A stretch of DNA of 32,000 nt from Cylindrospermopsis raciborskii Cr2010 (GTDB taxonomy: Bacteria; Cyanobacteriota; Cyanobacteriia; Cyanobacteriales; Nostocaceae). Location of the stretch: assembly GCF_003367075.2 (NCBI RefSeq), contig NZ_CP065936.1, positions 1,200,001 to 1,232,000 of the forward strand, read 5' to 3'. The notes beneath the pieces are model-generated. The model saw only the letters and a program-made list of their open reading frames with translations. It had not been told where the DNA came from and did not search any database. The position numbers were made by a program, and so were the translations under genes. Of this stretch, positions 30,945 to 32,000 are shown one piece after another. Within the stretch, counting starts at the first letter, position 1. Each line of letters opens with the position of its first letter.

Positions 30945-31403
30945 ATGGTGCGTCAACGCCCTATTCTATCACTGATTCTTGTACTATTGACCACGTTTTT
31001 GATCAGTTGCAGCAGTCCTACTGTTGCAACTGCACCTCCCACCTATACACCAGAACAATTGGTAAAAGTGAGACAATATGTACCTGATATTCAGGCAGTA
31101 CAAAATCGATTTGAAGAACTAAAAAGTCTGATTACCAGTAGTGAGTGGATTAAAGTGGGTAATTTTATTCATGGTCCGGTAACAGAAGCTAGACTCACTA
31201 TGACCTATGTTATCCCCAGTCTATTACCCCAAGACCAAGGTCAAGGAAGACAAATTACCAAGAACTTATTGAATCACTTAGTTAGAGTTGATCAAGCTGC
31301 TAATGCTGGTAATACTAAACTGGCATTGAGCAGCTATAAAGACGTTGTGGCAGACTTTAACCAGTTCTTACAACTGATTCCCCCAGCACCAACTCAGGAA
31401 TAA
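30945..31403 (+). CDS. psbQ: Photosystem II extrinsic lipoprotein PsbQ (CyanoQ)
   Basis: 152 aa: lipobox 'TTFLISCSS', then 'YTPEQLVKVRQYVPDIQAVQNRFEEL...WIKVGNFIHGPVTEARLTMTYVIPSLLPQDQ', typical of cyanobacterial PsbQ. Confidence 0.88.
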   Translation: MVRQRPILSLILVLLTTFLISCSSPTVATAPPTYTPEQLVKVRQYVPDIQAVQNRFEELKSLITSSEWIKVGNFIHGPVTEARLTMTYVIPSLLPQDQGQGRQITKNLLNHLVRVDQAANAGNTKLALSSYKDVVADFNQFLQLIPPAPTQE

Positions 31404-31509
31404 CTCAATTGTCTCCATTGCAATCTGAGTCTTGAGTCACAAAACCCTAGTTTAATCAGGTGATAGGGTGAAGGGGTAAACTCTTCACCCCTCACTATTT
31501 ACAAAGCTT

Positions 31510-32000
31510 ATGAATGTAGTAATTATCGGTTGTGGTGTAGTTGGAGCAGCGATCGCATATCAACTAAGTCAAATCAAAGGTTTAAATATCACTGTTTTTG
31601 AAAAAAACCAGCCAGCACAAGGTTCTACAGCAGCTGCTTTGGGTGTTTTAATGGGGGTAATTAGCCATAAAACCAAGGGTAAGGCCTGGCAAATTCGCGA
31701 GGAGAGTATTAAACGCTATCAAACCCTAATTCCAGAGCTGGAGGAGATAACAGGGCGAAAAATTCCCTGTAACCGTCAGGGTATTGTCATGTTACTATCA
31801 GAGGATCCCACTCACCCCCTAAAAAGCGGAGTGGAAGCAATGAGTGACTGGGAGGAATTACAACAGGTGCGCAAATCCCAAGGATGGGAGTTAAAGGTGT
31901 GGGATAGGGAGAAACTAGGGAATTTTTGCCCCCAGGTAAATAATCCTATGGTAATTGGTGCTGTTTATTCCCCTCAGGATTTACAGTTGAATCCCACAGC
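31510..32000 (+). CDS. FAD-dependent oxidoreductase (DAO/glycine-oxidase-like), truncated by window end
   Basis: 'MNVVIIGCGVVGAAIAYQLSQIKGLNITVFEKN' Rossmann FAD motif, with 'GSTAAALGVLMG'. The reading frame remains open to the window edge. Confidence 0.85.
   Translation, partial: MNVVIIGCGVVGAAIAYQLSQIKGLNITVFEKNQPAQGSTAAALGVLMGVISHKTKGKAWQIREESIKRYQTLIPELEEITGRKIPCNRQGIVMLLSEDPTHPLKSGVEAMSDWEELQQVRKSQGWELKVWDREKLGNFCPQVNNPMVIGAVYSPQDLQLNPT

Noticed and set aside
28579-32000. D-amino acid gene island linking the VanX-like dipeptidase, the DAO-like oxidoreductase and the dgc-like pair
   Set aside because: The genes are more than 10 kb from the dgc-like pair, separated by unrelated genes on both strands. 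The thematic overlap is too weak to call a system.

Overview
The window is from the genome of a filamentous, Nostocales-like cyanobacterium; the gene content, PsbQ and the GCGATCGC (HIP1) sites resemble a Cylindrospermopsis/Raphidiopsis-type genome, but the genus is an inference. It opens with the 3' part of a 23S rRNA gene and a 5S rRNA gene. These are followed by a 104-bp tandem repeat, two secreted proteins (one with about 20 Pro/Thr/Ser-rich 12-aa repeats), dnaK, and a minus-strand operon encoding a VWA lipoprotein. The upstream gene of that operon is split by an intact 756-bp IS1-family element with 25-bp terminal inverted repeats and an 8-bp target duplication. Next come an AAA ATPase/PD-(D/E)XK-like protein with a decayed paralogue fragment beside it (itself split by a 118-bp MITE-like insert), a Rieske oxygenase, a sugar kinase, and an overlapping dipeptide-epimerase-family/DUF1611 pair resembling dgcA-dgcN. 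The remainder holds a CyRepA1-like replication protein, an M50-like protease, an FHA/zinc-ribbon protein, 6-phosphogluconolactonase, a TolC-like protein, an MlaE-like permease, RNase PH, a CobO-like protein without a canonical Walker A, YidD, a VanX-like dipeptidase, an M48 peptidase, PsbQ and a truncated FAD oxidoreductase. I found no CRISPR array, no recognisable tRNA and no clearly new defence system. The strongest observations are the reconstructable IS insertion, the nested AAA-remnant/MITE locus, the dgcA/dgcN-like pair and the chromosome-context CyRepA1-like gene.
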